Notes under the pieces: generated by a model | Database searches by the model: none | Told to the model about the DNA's origin: nothing | What the model saw: only the letters and a program-made list of their open reading frames with translations | Translations under genes and position numbers: made by a program | Source of the DNA: Nitrospirota bacterium | Lineage (GTDB): Bacteria; Nitrospirota; Thermodesulfovibrionia; Thermodesulfovibrionales; Dissulfurispiraceae | Length of the DNA stretch: 64,000 bases | Assembly: GCA_963710375.1 (NCBI GenBank) | Contig: CAVPZX010000006.1 | Coordinates: 64,001-128,000 of the forward strand | Reading direction: 5' to 3' | Shown here: piece after piece, positions 50,155 to 62,079 of the stretch | Layout: every line of letters starts with the position of its first letter | How positions within the stretch are numbered: the stretch's first letter is position 1

Positions 50155-51021
50155 ATGCAAAGCATCACTCCAGGGGGAGGAACAATTAATATAAGCGGAA
50201 AGACCAAAGTAGTGGGGCTATTCGGCTATCCTGTCGAACATAGCCTTTCACCGCTAATGCACAATGCCGCTTTTGCGCAGCTGGGTCTGGATTACTGTTA
50301 CGTAACATTTTTGGTAAAGCCCGATCGCCTGCTTGAAGCGGTGGAAGCGATAAGGGCATTGGACCTTAAAGGGGTTAACGTCACCGTTCCCCACAAAGAG
50401 AAGGTGATGCCTTTCCTGGATTCGATAAGTGAAGAGGCTTCCTTTATCGGTGCGGTCAATACAATTCGGAACGACGGCGGCACGTTGACAGGCTATAACA
50501 CTGACGGCAGGGGGTTCATGAGGTCGCTATCAGAGGCCGGGATCGATGTTTCGGGCAAGCGAGTTCTCGTTGTGGGTGCCGGAGGCGCCTCCCGAGCCGT
50601 TGGTTACTATCTTTGCACAGCTGCTTCGGAGGTATCCCTTTATGATGCCCTCATTGAAAAGGCTGAACAGTTGGCGCAGCATCTGAACCTTCTGAAAGGC
50701 AACGCCCGCGTAATTGACGCTACAGATTTCAAAGAAGGCCGGTTTTTTTCAGGACTGGATATTATTATTAACGCTACGCCGCTCGGACTTAACCTTCATG
50801 ACCCTGTTCCTGTTGACCTCTCACTGCTTAACAATAGCCAAACAGTGTGTGATCTCATTTACAAAGAGACGCCGCTGCTCCGCAAGGCTTCAGAGCACGG
50901 ATGCAGAACGCTGGACGGCCTGGGCATGCTCTTATGGCAGGGGATCTTCGCGTTCGAACTCTGGACAGGAAAGACGCCTTCCGTTGAGGTAATGCGCAAC
51001 GCGTTGCATACCGCTCGATAG
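50155..51021 (+). CDS. aroE: Shikimate dehydrogenase
   Basis: HSLSP.MHN, NVTVPHK, GAVNT, NTDG, GAGGA, NATP, DGLGML. Confidence 0.95.
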   Translation: MQSITPGGGTINISGKTKVVGLFGYPVEHSLSPLMHNAAFAQLGLDYCYVTFLVKPDRLLEAVEAIRALDLKGVNVTVPHKEKVMPFLDSISEEASFIGAVNTIRNDGGTLTGYNTDGRGFMRSLSEAGIDVSGKRVLVVGAGGASRAVGYYLCTAASEVSLYDALIEKAEQLAQHLNLLKGNARVIDATDFKEGRFFSGLDIIINATPLGLNLHDPVPVDLSLLNNSQTVCDLIYKETPLLRKASEHGCRTLDGLGMLLWQGIFAFELWTGKTPSVEVMRNALHTAR

Positions 51022-51087
51022 GTGCAGTGAACGCCACTGACCCGGCGCCCGGCTTTACAATGCTGCACCGCTATGGTAAAATTTCAC

Positions 51088-51600
51088 ATGAAAAGAATAA
51101 TATTTCTGTTTGTTTTTATATGTTTTTTTGGGGTGATTGCACTGCTTTTCGATAGAGAAGGAGACTTTAAACCTAAGGTGAATTTGACTGAAAACTCTTA
51201 CATGGATGGCGTCAGTATTATCCAGAGGAAGGAAGGTGTCGTCAAATGGACGCTGGGCTCGAAAAAGGCGATATTCCTTAACGAAAACGATGTGAAACTT
51301 GTCGGACTTACCATAACCTTTCCTGAAAAGGAGCTTACGCTCACCTCTGACGGAGGCCTGTACGATATCGGAAAGAGAAACCTGAAAATCGATGGTCATA
51401 TATGTGCATCAACCAAGGATTATGATATAGTTTGTCCCACACTTTTCTGGGATGCGTCGAAGAACGAACTCACTACTGACCAAAGGGTGCATATGATAGG
51501 TAAAAGATTTGATGTTGAGGGTGATGATTTGAACGCAACGAATGACAAGGCAACATTGAACAAAAATGTAAAGGCAACATTTTATTATGACAAACAATAA
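51088..51600 (+). CDS. lptC: LPS export ABC transporter periplasmic protein LptC
   Basis: N-terminal TM plus beta-jellyroll-like sequence upstream of lptA/lptB; ATG 51088 preceded by TGgTAAAAT-N5. Confidence 0.7.
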   Translation: MKRIIFLFVFICFFGVIALLFDREGDFKPKVNLTENSYMDGVSIIQRKEGVVKWTLGSKKAIFLNENDVKLVGLTITFPEKELTLTSDGGLYDIGKRNLKIDGHICASTKDYDIVCPTLFWDASKNELTTDQRVHMIGKRFDVEGDDLNATNDKATLNKNVKATFYYDKQ

Positions 51601-52099
51601 GGGTCTTTCCGGTGTGATAGCCGGGTTGCTGTTTGCTGCGGTTTTGTTTACGACCGGGGTTTTTGCAGCTGAAGAACAGAAGAACATTGAGCAAAACAAG
51701 AACGTCAAGGAGCCTACAGTTGTCACGTCGCAGAAAATGACAACTGACCAAAAGGCCAAAACCGCGCTCTTTGAAGGGAATGTGGTAACCAAAAAAGGAG
51801 ATCGGACTATGTACGCGGACAAGATGCTTGTCCATTATTCGGAAGAAAAGGGCAGCAGTAACATTAAGGAAATAGATGCCGAGGGCAATGTCAAACTCGT
51901 AAGGGGGGATAGAGTGGTAACCTCAAAATTTGCCGTTTACTATGCGGAACCTGAAGAGTATATTGTATTTACCGGTGACCCCCGTGCATCGCAAGGAGAG
52001 AACGTAGTGACCGGTACAAAAATAACGTACTTTATGAAAGATGATCACTCCGTTGTTGAAAACAGCAAGGTTTTCATTGTCAACAAAAACAGGCAATAG
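51587..52099 (+). CDS. lptA: LPS transport periplasmic protein LptA
   Basis: Signal peptide, FEGNV, AEGNV, TGDP, G.KI OstA-like motifs. Confidence 0.85.
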   Translation: MTNNKGLSGVIAGLLFAAVLFTTGVFAAEEQKNIEQNKNVKEPTVVTSQKMTTDQKAKTALFEGNVVTKKGDRTMYADKMLVHYSEEKGSSNIKEIDAEGNVKLVRGDRVVTSKFAVYYAEPEEYIVFTGDPRASQGENVVTGTKITYFMKDDHSVVENSKVFIVNKNRQ

Positions 52100-52200
52100 G
52101 CAATGGGCAATAGGCAATGAAAATAAAACAAAAGGACACGAAGCAGAAAGAGGTTTTTTTTTATTGTTACATATTTCCTATAGCCTATTGCCTATAGCCT
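52091..52200. repeat. Inverted heptamer tandem array (RGGCAAT)4 ... (CCTATWG)3
   Basis: 52091-52118 left arm, containing the lptA TAG; 52177-52200 right arm. Confidence 0.8.
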
Positions 52201-52210
52201 TTCTATTATT

Positions 52211-52954
52211 ATGAACCGGCATATTCTTGAAATAAGGGATCTTGCGAAAGCGTATGGCAAGAGGTATGTGGTAAAAGATATCAATATCTCGGTCAGTACG
52301 GGTGAAATTGTGGGACTTCTCGGCCCTAACGGCGCAGGGAAGACTACAACTTTTTATATGGTTGTTGGTATGATACATCCGGAGCAGGGCAGCATCATGC
52401 TTGACGGTGAAGACATACTGGGATTGCCGATGTATATGAGGGCAAGAAAGGGAATGGGCTACCTCCCGCAGGAACCCTCCATATTCAGAAAGCTGACTGT
52501 GAGAGATAATCTGAGGGCGGTTCTGGAGATCAAGGGCCCTGGCGGAAATGGGGGGACGAAGGCGGACATGGAGTCGCTAGTCGAAACGCTGCTTGAGGAG
52601 TTCAACCTGAAGGAGTTCGCAGACAGGGACGGCTACCGGTTGTCCGGCGGAGAGCGACGGCGAGCTGAAATTGCAAGGGCCATAGCGCTGCGTCCCATGT
52701 TTATGCTTTTTGATGAGCCGTTTGCCGGCATTGACCCTATTGCTGTTATAGAGTTGAAGAAGATGCTCAACTATTTGAAATCAAAAGGGCTTGGTATATT
52801 GATCACTGACCATAACGTGAGAGAAACGCTGTCCATAACCGACAGGGCATACATAATAAACAACGGTTCTATTCTGGCTGAGGGGATACCTGATGAACTT
52901 ATTAATAACCCGTCCGTCAAGGAAGCATACCTTGGGGAGGAATTCAGACTCTGA
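52211..52954 (+). CDS. lptB: LPS export ABC transporter ATP-binding protein
   Basis: GPNGAGKTTTF, YLPQEPSIFR, LSGGERRR, DEPFAGIDP, ITDHNVRETL. Confidence 0.96.
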   Translation: MNRHILEIRDLAKAYGKRYVVKDINISVSTGEIVGLLGPNGAGKTTTFYMVVGMIHPEQGSIMLDGEDILGLPMYMRARKGMGYLPQEPSIFRKLTVRDNLRAVLEIKGPGGNGGTKADMESLVETLLEEFNLKEFADRDGYRLSGGERRRAEIARAIALRPMFMLFDEPFAGIDPIAVIELKKMLNYLKSKGLGILITDHNVRETLSITDRAYIINNGSILAEGIPDELINNPSVKEAYLGEEFRL

Positions 52955-54390
52955 TGGCCCTGGAAAATAGACTGGATCTCAGACTTTCTCAGAAGCTTAT
53001 CCTTACCCCCCAGTTGCAGCAGGCTATCAAACTTCTGCAAATGCCGCAGCTTGAACTGGTCCAGGTATTGAGCCAGGAGCTTGTTGATAATCCTTTTCTC
53101 GAAGACTCCATCGATGAGCCGTACACAGATGAGGCTGCTGGAGAAGAGACGTCAGCCGAGGCCCCTGATGAGGTCTTTGATGCAGAGATATCTTTTGATA
53201 ACCTTGCCAGCTTTAGTGTCGATGATTATTTCGATGAGCGGAGCAGCGACGGAAGAGACCTGGGTTATTTTTCGCCCGGCGTCGACGAGCAGCCTTCATA
53301 TGAATTGTTCTATTCGAAAAAGCCTGACCTTTATGATCATTTGCTGTGGCAGCTCAGGCTCTGCAATGAACATGATCGCGTCAGGATGGCGGCCGAGGCG
53401 GTCATAGGCAACATCGATGAGGACGGCTACCTCAGGACTTCGGAAGAAGAGCTGGCTTCCGCTCTGGATACGGATACCGGCACTGTCAGGAAAGCCATTG
53501 CGTTGGTCCATAGTTTTGATCCTCCCGGCGTCGGGGCGCGGGACCTCAAGGAGTGCCTGCTGCTGCAGCTTAATGCACTTAACCTATGCGATACGCTTGT
53601 GGGAAAGGTTGTCGGCTGCCACATGGAACTTGTGGAACGGAAAAAATACGCAATGCTTGCAAAGCAGTACAATGCGACATTGGATGACATTATGACTGCG
53701 ATAAAAATAATCGAGGGGCTTGAGCCGCGGCCCGGCAGGATATTTTCGAGTACGGAGACCAACTACGTCGTGCCTGATGTTTATATAAGCAAAACAGATG
53801 AAGGCTATCAGATAGTCCTTAATGAAGAGGGTATGCCGAGATTGGTCCTTAATAACAGCTATCGCAAGCTTCTACTGAGAAAAGATATGCTTACAAAAGA
53901 GGAGCGGGAGTTTTTGAAGGACAAGCTCAAAAAGGCCACCGATTTGATCAAGAGCCTCGACCAGCGGAACAAGACCATATACAAAGTTTCAGCGAGTATC
54001 CTGAAGTTCCAGATCGACTTTTTCGACAGGGGGATGCAGTTTTTAAAACCGTTGAACCTTAAAGATGTTGCAACGGACATAGGGATGCATGAGAGCACCA
54101 TCAGCAGAGTTACCTCGAACAAATTCCTGTCCTGCGATCACGGGGTATCCAGTTTCAGGTTCTTTTTCAGCAGTGCTATACAGTCCGATGCAGGCGATGT
54201 CTCGTCTACCCTGGTTAAAGATTTGATTAAAAAAGTGATAGTCGAAGAGGATCCTATGCGTCCTTTCAGTGATCAGATGATAGTAGATAAACTGAAAGCA
54301 CAGAATATAAATATAGCACGCAGGACCGTTGCAAAATACAGGGAGGAACTTAAGATTCCTCCGCAAAACCAGAGAAAGAAGTACGACTAA
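52954..54390 (+). CDS. rpoN: RNA polymerase sigma-54 factor
   Basis: PQLQQAIKLLQ, HESTISR, ARRTVAKYRE RpoN box. Confidence 0.97.
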   Translation: MALENRLDLRLSQKLILTPQLQQAIKLLQMPQLELVQVLSQELVDNPFLEDSIDEPYTDEAAGEETSAEAPDEVFDAEISFDNLASFSVDDYFDERSSDGRDLGYFSPGVDEQPSYELFYSKKPDLYDHLLWQLRLCNEHDRVRMAAEAVIGNIDEDGYLRTSEEELASALDTDTGTVRKAIALVHSFDPPGVGARDLKECLLLQLNALNLCDTLVGKVVGCHMELVERKKYAMLAKQYNATLDDIMTAIKIIEGLEPRPGRIFSSTETNYVVPDVYISKTDEGYQIVLNEEGMPRLVLNNSYRKLLLRKDMLTKEEREFLKDKLKKATDLIKSLDQRNKTIYKVSASILKFQIDFFDRGMQFLKPLNLKDVATDIGMHESTISRVTSNKFLSCDHGVSSFRFFFSSAIQSDAGDVSSTLVKDLIKKVIVEEDPMRPFSDQMIVDKLKAQNINIARRTVAKYREELKIPPQNQRKKYD

Positions 54391-54570
54391 GGGCTCGTGA
54401 ATACATGATTTGTGCATTCAGGCGCTCAGATTTGGGTTAGATTTGGCTGATCCGACTGAGCAAGACCGCAGGCGTAGCACAGCTACGTTGAGGATTTTGC
54501 GACTGAGGATCTGGCAAAGATGGCCTAAATCCGAGATGCATCAATGTGCAAATCATGTATTCGCGAGCCC
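54391..54570. mobile_element. 180-bp MITE-like element, family A copy 2 (inverted), flanked by TAA direct repeat
   Basis: TIRs GGGCTCGTGAATACATGATTTG / CAAATCATGTATTCGCGAGCCC; TAA at 54388-54390 (rpoN stop) and 54571-54573. Confidence 0.85.
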
Positions 54571-54588
54571 TAAAAAGGGAGGGAGTGC

Positions 54589-55107
54589 ATGAACGTTATT
54601 ATGAATGGCCGTCATCTTGACATAACACCTGCATTGAGAAGTTATGCCGAAGAGAAAATAGGGAGGTTCGATAAATATTTGTCCAATATTACTGAGGCGG
54701 TCGTAACCTTGAGTGTGGAGAAATACAGGCACAAGGCCGAAGTGCTTCTGAAAGTCAATGGTGTACAAATCCAGGCTGAGGGAAAGACCGGCGAGGTGTA
54801 TTCGGCTATAGATCAGGTAGTCGAAAAGCTCGAGAAGCAGGTCGTGAAATATAAAGAGAAGCTGCACGATCACCGTAAAGGTGAAAAAAAGACAACAGGG
54901 ACTCTTGAGGGCGGCGGTACCGAGCGCGGCACAATAATAAAACACAAACGGTTTGATATGAAACCGATGAGTTCGGAAGAGGCTGTCAACCATATGGAAT
55001 TCCTCGACAAGAACTTTTTTGTTTTTACCAATGACAGAAGCGGCGACGTTAATGTTGTCTATCGCCGTGATGACGGCAATTATGGGTTGATTGAGCCGGC
55101 CAAATAG
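54589..55107 (+). CDS. hpf: Ribosome hibernation promoting factor (long HPF)
   Basis: GRHLDITPAL, YSAID...KLEKQ, C-terminal KPMS.EEA, VVYRR.DG.YGLIEP. Confidence 0.92.
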   Translation: MNVIMNGRHLDITPALRSYAEEKIGRFDKYLSNITEAVVTLSVEKYRHKAEVLLKVNGVQIQAEGKTGEVYSAIDQVVEKLEKQVVKYKEKLHDHRKGEKKTTGTLEGGGTERGTIIKHKRFDMKPMSSEEAVNHMEFLDKNFFVFTNDRSGDVNVVYRRDDGNYGLIEPAK

Positions 55108-55118
55108 ATGCCGGAAAG

Positions 55119-55994
55119 ATGGAAACACCTCCGATCGAAGTGATAATAGTCAGCGGGCTCTCGGGAGCTGGCAAGACCGTTGCTCTGAGGGCCCTTGAGG
55201 ATGCCGGCTATTTCTGCATAGACAATCTTCCGGTTACACTCATAGAGCCTTTTCTCTCCACAGTTAGGGCAGGAAAGAACATCAGGAATATCGGGATAGG
55301 CGTGGATATCAGAGAGTACTTATTTCTTTCCGACGCATACCGCATAATCTCATCGTTGAAGAGCCAATACAATATAAGGATATTGTTTCTTGAGGCTGAG
55401 AAAGAGGTCATGGTCCGCCGGTTCAAAGAAACGAGACGGCCCCATCCCATGGTGCCTATCAGCGGGGAGAAGAATCTCGAAAAAGCTATAGAGGAGGAAC
55501 GAAAGCTCCTCTCGGTTATCAGAGATGCAGCTGATACTGTGCTGGACACCTCGAATTTTACGCCGCATCAGTTGCGCGACCGGATCATTTCGAAGCATGG
55601 GACCGGGGAGTCCGGCAGCGCGATCAAGGTCACCATGATCTCTTTCGGTTTTAAGTTCGGGGCGCCGTATGACCTGGATCTACTCTTCGATGTGAGGTTT
55701 TTGCCTAATCCATACTTTATCGCCGAACTCAAGCCGCTTAAAGGAACTGACAGAGCAGTTGCTGATTTTGTCCTTAAAAGTGACGAGACTGCCGAGTTTC
55801 TCGCTCGCGTCGGCGCGTTGCTGGATTTTACACTGCCTTACTATATGAAGGAGGGGAGGTCTTATCTCACAATAGGAATAGGGTGCACAGGCGGCAGGCA
55901 CCGCTCGCCTGCCATTGTGGAGTGGCTGGCCAGGCGCCTTGATTCAAAGTATAAACTGGCTGTAAACATAGTTCACAGAGACATCGATACCTGA
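55119..55994 (+). CDS. rapZ: RNase adapter RapZ
   Basis: SGLSGAGKT, DNLP, ETRRPHP, SFGFKFG, DVRFLPNP, GCTGGRHRS. Confidence 0.95.
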   Translation: METPPIEVIIVSGLSGAGKTVALRALEDAGYFCIDNLPVTLIEPFLSTVRAGKNIRNIGIGVDIREYLFLSDAYRIISSLKSQYNIRILFLEAEKEVMVRRFKETRRPHPMVPISGEKNLEKAIEEERKLLSVIRDAADTVLDTSNFTPHQLRDRIISKHGTGESGSAIKVTMISFGFKFGAPYDLDLLFDVRFLPNPYFIAELKPLKGTDRAVADFVLKSDETAEFLARVGALLDFTLPYYMKEGRSYLTIGIGCTGGRHRSPAIVEWLARRLDSKYKLAVNIVHRDIDT

Positions 55995-56145
55995 ATAAAA
56001 CTCTTTCATTTTGACCCGCTTTTTTTTGTTATATAATTATAAAAAATTATAATTGATTATTCGCCTCTAAATTCTTGACAAAGGTGTGCCTTCATGTGCT
56101 ATCCTTCTTTTCAATGTTCATAAAAACCATTTCAAAGGTGAAATT

Positions 56146-56565
56146 ATGCTAGAGTTCAATCACTGGTTTTTTTATCTCCTTGCCAATTTTCTTGTCCTTC
56201 TTTTTGTCCTTAATCTCATCCTTTTCCAGCCTATTTTAAAGATAATGAAGGAAAGGGAGGGTGCAACCTCCGGCGCGCTTGATGAGGCCAAGTCCATGAC
56301 CATCAAGAAAGATGAGGCAGTTGCAAGAATGAACGCCGAACTGTTGGCAGCGAGAAATATGGCTAAAGCGGCATTCGATGGTTTAAGGGAGCAAGGACAA
56401 TCCCTGCAGAAAGAAACGTTATCAAAGGCCGAAGCTCAGGCTTTGGCGATAATTGAACAGGCAAGGAAGGAACTGCGGGCCGAGGCCGAGAAGGCCAGGG
56501 CTTCTTTAAAGGCCGATATTGAAAAATTCTCCGAAGAGATCGTAAGAAAACTGGTGAAGGCATGA
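56146..56565 (+). CDS. atpF: ATP synthase F0 subunit b'
   Basis: N-terminal TM (NFLVLLFVLNLILFQP) plus coiled coil; ATG 56146 after AAGGTG. Confidence 0.85.
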   Translation: MLEFNHWFFYLLANFLVLLFVLNLILFQPILKIMKEREGATSGALDEAKSMTIKKDEAVARMNAELLAARNMAKAAFDGLREQGQSLQKETLSKAEAQALAIIEQARKELRAEAEKARASLKADIEKFSEEIVRKLVKA

Positions 56566-57176
56566 AAAAGGTAACTCAAGCTTTGTCCAAATGTGATATA
56601 TTTTGTCGTTCCGCTTTTATTGCGGCTTCCGGGTTCTGGATTCTGTCGTCTGCCGCTTCTGCCTTTGCAGCTGAAGGGGGCGGCGAACACGGCGGCGGCT
56701 CTGTTATGCAATGGGTTTGGCGTTTGGTCAATTTCGCTATCCTTGTATTCATACTCGTCAAATTCGGCGGTAAACCCATGAAGGACTATTTCCAGCAGAG
56801 AAAGGCCTTGATCGAGAAGAGCATACACGAGGCCCAGGAGGCCAAAGCGCTTGCTGCAAAGGCATTGGCTGAGGTTGAAGAGAGGCTTAAACTTAAAGAC
56901 AAGGAAATAGAGGGTATTAAGGCTGCGGCGGTGAGTTCCGGTGAACGTGAGAAGGCCCGTCTAATCGAGGAAGGTGAACGTCTAAAGGCTAAAATACTTG
57001 AGCAGGCAAAGTCCAATATCGATTTTGAGCTCAAAAAGGCGAAGGATGTTATCAAGGCTGAAGCAGTTGAGGCGGCAATGCAACTCGCGGAAGAGAAAAT
57101 CAAATCTAAGATGACCAAAGAGGACCAGGACAGGCTTTTGCAGGAATCACTTAAACTGTTAGAGGGTAAAAATTGA
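56562..57176 (+). CDS. atpF: ATP synthase F0 subunit b
   Basis: WRLVNFAILV TM plus coiled coil. Confidence 0.88.
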   Translation: MKKVTQALSKCDIFCRSAFIAASGFWILSSAASAFAAEGGGEHGGGSVMQWVWRLVNFAILVFILVKFGGKPMKDYFQQRKALIEKSIHEAQEAKALAAKALAEVEERLKLKDKEIEGIKAAAVSSGEREKARLIEEGERLKAKILEQAKSNIDFELKKAKDVIKAEAVEAAMQLAEEKIKSKMTKEDQDRLLQESLKLLEGKN

Positions 57177-57712
57177 AAAAGATTAAAGGTGTCAAACGAT
57201 ACGCGAAGCAATTTTTGAGTGCTGTTGATTTGAATGAAGTGCCTGAGGGCATTGAACAGTTGGGGGCCATTTCAAATCTGATGGAGAAAGATAAGGCTTT
57301 CAGAAACCTGATGATAAGCCCTGTCTTCAGCGCGGATGAGATCGGGCGCATCATTTCTTATTTAAGCGTGAAGCTCAAAATGTCAGCCAAGGCTTCCAAA
57401 TATCTCCAATACTTGGTTGAGACAGGCGCGATAGGTGCACTTTCCGAAATCGTTAGGTCTATACAATCCCAATACTTCGATATCAAAAGACGGTCAAAAG
57501 CCGTGGTCATTACGTCAGTGCAGGTGGGCAAGGACTATGCAGCACAGTTGTCGGAGTCGTTGAAGCTGGTTACCGGTGGCGATGTTGACCTTGAGTTCGT
57601 TTTGGACCCGTCGCTTCTGGGCGGCGTGACGATAAAGGTCGGCAGTACTATGTATGACAGTAGTATAAAGGGCCAGTTGGGGCTTTTAAAAGATAAGCTT
57701 ATAAAGGGGTGA
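57173..57712 (+). CDS. atpH: ATP synthase F1 delta
   Basis: [20 protein letters not shown]. Confidence 0.92.
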   Translation: MKKIKGVKRYAKQFLSAVDLNEVPEGIEQLGAISNLMEKDKAFRNLMISPVFSADEIGRIISYLSVKLKMSAKASKYLQYLVETGAIGALSEIVRSIQSQYFDIKRRSKAVVITSVQVGKDYAAQLSESLKLVTGGDVDLEFVLDPSLLGGVTIKVGSTMYDSSIKGQLGLLKDKLIKG

Positions 57713-57716
57713 TTGC

Positions 57717-59225
57717 ATGGAAATCAAGGTAGATGAGATTAGCGAGTATTTGAAAAAGCAAATAACCGATTTCGAGAAGCGCGTTGATGTCAGTGAAGTG
57801 GGTGTTGTCGTTGCGGTCGGCGACGGTATCTCGAGGGTTTATGGACTCGATAACTGTATGTCTTCAGAGCTTCTCGAGTTCCCCAATAATGTCTTTGGCA
57901 TGGCGCTTAACCTTGAAGAAGACATGATTGGAGCGGTCCTGTTCGGTGAGGACACCGACATTAAGGAAGGCGATGTTGTCAAAAGGACTGGAAAGATCAT
58001 GTCTGTTCCGGTCGGAGAGGAAATGGTCGGACGGGTTGTTAACGCTATCGGGCAGCCTATTGACGGCAAAGGGCCGATCAATGCGAAGTCAAGCAGAATT
58101 GTTGACGTTGTGGCCCCGGGTATTGTTGATAGGCAGCCGGTCAGGGAGCCGCTTCAGACGGGAATAAAGGCCATTGATGCGATGATCCCGATTGGAAGGG
58201 GACAAAGGGAGCTTATCATCGGTGATCGCCAGACAGGAAAGACGGCGATTGCCCTTGATGCGATCATCAACCAGAATGGCGGCGATGTCGTTTGTATTTA
58301 CGTTGCCATAGGCCAGAAAAGGGCGAGTGTTGCGCGTGTGGTAAAGACCCTTGAACAGTATGGAGCTATGGAACATACTATAGTGGTTTCTGCAACAGCG
58401 AGCGAGCCGGCCCCTATGCAGTATATTGCACCTTATACCGGATGCGCTATAGGCGAATATTTCAGGGACAACAAAAAACATGCTTTGATTATATATGATG
58501 ACCTCAGCAAACAGGCTACGTCATACAGGCAGCTCTCGCTCATCCTGAGGCGTCCGCCAGGACGTGAGGCGTTTCCCGGCGACGTATTCTATCTCCATTC
58601 CAGACTGCTGGAAAGAGCGTCGAAACTAAGTGATGAACTTGGCGGAGGCTCACTTACCGCCCTTCCTATAATTGAGACACAGGCAGGCGACGTTTCAGCC
58701 TATATTCCCACAAACGTCATTTCCATTACGGACGGACAAATTTACCTTGAACCGGATCTCTTCTATGCCGGCATCAGGCCTGCGGTCAATGTCGGCCTCT
58801 CTGTCAGCCGTGTCGGGAGTTCTGCGCAGACAAAAGCGATGAAGCAGGTTGCCGGGACGCTCAGGCTCGATCTTGCGCAGTTCAGAGAGCTTGCTGCTTT
58901 TGCCCAGTTCGGTTCCGACCTCGACAAATCAACAATGGCACAGATCGAGAGAGGAAAGAGGATGGTTGAGATTCTGAAACAGGACCAGTATGTGCCGCTC
59001 CCTATGGAGGACCAGGTCATGCTCCTCTTCGCAGGATCACAGGGCCACCTCGATGATGTTCCGGTTGAGGCATTAAAAAAGTTTGAGGCCGAATTCGTCA
59101 GCTTTATGAAGGACAGAAAGTCCGACCTCAGAAATGAAATCAGGGACAAAAAGGCGATTGATGATACGCTGAAAGAGAAACTGAACAGCGCGATAGCAGA
59201 ATTCAAGAAAGGCTTCATAGCTTAG
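57717..59225 (+). CDS. atpA: ATP synthase F1 alpha
   Basis: [29 protein letters not shown]. Confidence 0.98.
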   Translation: MEIKVDEISEYLKKQITDFEKRVDVSEVGVVVAVGDGISRVYGLDNCMSSELLEFPNNVFGMALNLEEDMIGAVLFGEDTDIKEGDVVKRTGKIMSVPVGEEMVGRVVNAIGQPIDGKGPINAKSSRIVDVVAPGIVDRQPVREPLQTGIKAIDAMIPIGRGQRELIIGDRQTGKTAIALDAIINQNGGDVVCIYVAIGQKRASVARVVKTLEQYGAMEHTIVVSATASEPAPMQYIAPYTGCAIGEYFRDNKKHALIIYDDLSKQATSYRQLSLILRRPPGREAFPGDVFYLHSRLLERASKLSDELGGGSLTALPIIETQAGDVSAYIPTNVISITDGQIYLEPDLFYAGIRPAVNVGLSVSRVGSSAQTKAMKQVAGTLRLDLAQFRELAAFAQFGSDLDKSTMAQIERGKRMVEILKQDQYVPLPMEDQVMLLFAGSQGHLDDVPVEALKKFEAEFVSFMKDRKSDLRNEIRDKKAIDDTLKEKLNSAIAEFKKGFIA

Positions 59226-59236
59226 AGGTATAAAGA

Positions 59237-60124
59237 ATGGCTGGTTTAAAAGAGATACGAAAGAGAATAGGGTCTGTTAAAAGCACGAAGCAAATCACAA
59301 AAGCTATGAAGATGGTTGCTGCAGCCAAATTCAGGAAGGCGCAGACACGGATTATCGAGCTGCGGCCATATGCCGATAAGATGCACTCGGTCCTTTCCGG
59401 ACTGGCCAGGAGTGTTGAAACAGGACATCCCCTTCTCGAAGTCAGGCCCAGGAAAAAGGTTGAGGTGATGGTCCTCACGAGTGATAAAGGCCTTTGCGGG
59501 GCTTTTAACACCAACATTATGAAGGCAGCGGTAAAGCTTATCAAGGAAATCAAGTCTGAAGAGATAGAGGTGAGCGTCAGCACTATCGGCAAGAAGGGAA
59601 CGGACCTTTTCAGGAGGAGAGGCCAGGCGGTGAGACGCTCATGGACGGGTATCTCAGGCAGGATTTCATATTTTAATGCAAAGGAAATCGCGGCTGATAT
59701 TATAGAGAATTACACGGGCGAACTATTTGACGAAGTCGTTCTTGTATATAACGAGTTTAAGTCGGCGCTCGTTCAAAAGGTCTCTGTAGTTCGCCTGTTG
59801 CCACTTGCAGCAGTGGACGGCCCGCCTGGGCGGGCTGAGCAGCCGGATATTCAGGAGGAAGTCCTCAGTTTTCTTTGTGAGCCTTCGCAGCAGGCAATAT
59901 TCGATAATCTGTTGCCGAAGAATCTTGAGATACAGGTTTTCAGGGCTCTTCTCGAATCGCAGGCATCGGAAGAAGCCGCGCGCATGACCTCGATGGAAAA
60001 TGCTACGAAAGCGGCTGATGACATGATATCCAGTTTGACCTTGCAGTATAACAAGGCACGTCAGGCGTCCATCACGAAGGAATTGATGGATATCGTCGGC
60101 GGCGTTGAAGCACTTAAGCAATAA
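59237..60124 (+). CDS. atpG: ATP synthase F1 gamma
   Basis: ITKAMKMVAAAK, SDKGLCG, NKARQASITKE. Confidence 0.97.
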   Translation: MAGLKEIRKRIGSVKSTKQITKAMKMVAAAKFRKAQTRIIELRPYADKMHSVLSGLARSVETGHPLLEVRPRKKVEVMVLTSDKGLCGAFNTNIMKAAVKLIKEIKSEEIEVSVSTIGKKGTDLFRRRGQAVRRSWTGISGRISYFNAKEIAADIIENYTGELFDEVVLVYNEFKSALVQKVSVVRLLPLAAVDGPPGRAEQPDIQEEVLSFLCEPSQQAIFDNLLPKNLEIQVFRALLESQASEEAARMTSMENATKAADDMISSLTLQYNKARQASITKELMDIVGGVEALKQ

Positions 60125-61573
<1,449 letters not shown>

Positions 61574-61585
61574 GGGGAATTCGGG

Positions 61586-61996
61586 ATGGACAATAAGATA
61601 AGACTTGATGTTGTAACGCCTTACGGTCTTGTGATGAGCGAGGATGTCGATGAACTTACTGCCGCCGGCAGCGAGGGCGAATTTGGCGTCTTGCCCGGTC
61701 ACGTGCCGTTCATCACAACGCTGAACATAGGGATGCTTATTATTAAGAAAGACGGTCATACAGAATATGTTTTTGTGAGTTCAGGATACTGTGAAGTTAC
61801 ATTTGATAAAGTTGTGGTACTGGCTGATAGCGCTGAGAGGGCTGAGGATATAGATGTTGACAGGGCTGCCGCAGCCAGACAACGTGCTGAAGAGCGGCTG
61901 AAGCAGGCTGAGAAGATTGATTTCGCGCGTGCCACTGCAGCGATCGAAAGGGCAACCATCCGTATCCAGATAGCAGAGAAAAGGTCTGCAAAATAA
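61586..61996 (+). CDS. atpC: ATP synthase F1 epsilon
   Basis: VVTP, GEFGVLPGH, LADSAE, ID..RA. Confidence 0.96.
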   Translation: MDNKIRLDVVTPYGLVMSEDVDELTAAGSEGEFGVLPGHVPFITTLNIGMLIIKKDGHTEYVFVSSGYCEVTFDKVVVLADSAERAEDIDVDRAAAARQRAEERLKQAEKIDFARATAAIERATIRIQIAEKRSAK

Positions 61997-62008
61997 TAAT
62001 TGCCGCTT

Positions 62009-62059
62009 AAATTTCGGCAGTTGGTCAAAAACAAACTGACCAACTGCCGAAATTTTTTT
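62009..62059 (+). terminator. Intrinsic terminator after the atp operon (probably bidirectional)
   Basis: 19-bp stem AAATTTCGGCAGTTGGTCA / TGACCAACTGCCGAAATTT followed by a T-run. Confidence 0.75.
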
Positions 62060-62079
62060 AATTTGTTGTACGATGTGGC

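Noticed and set aside
54410..54592. Small ORFs 54410-54592 and 10127-10387 with similar peptides
   Set aside because: They are translations of the non-coding family A MITE, with no SD or recognisable domain.
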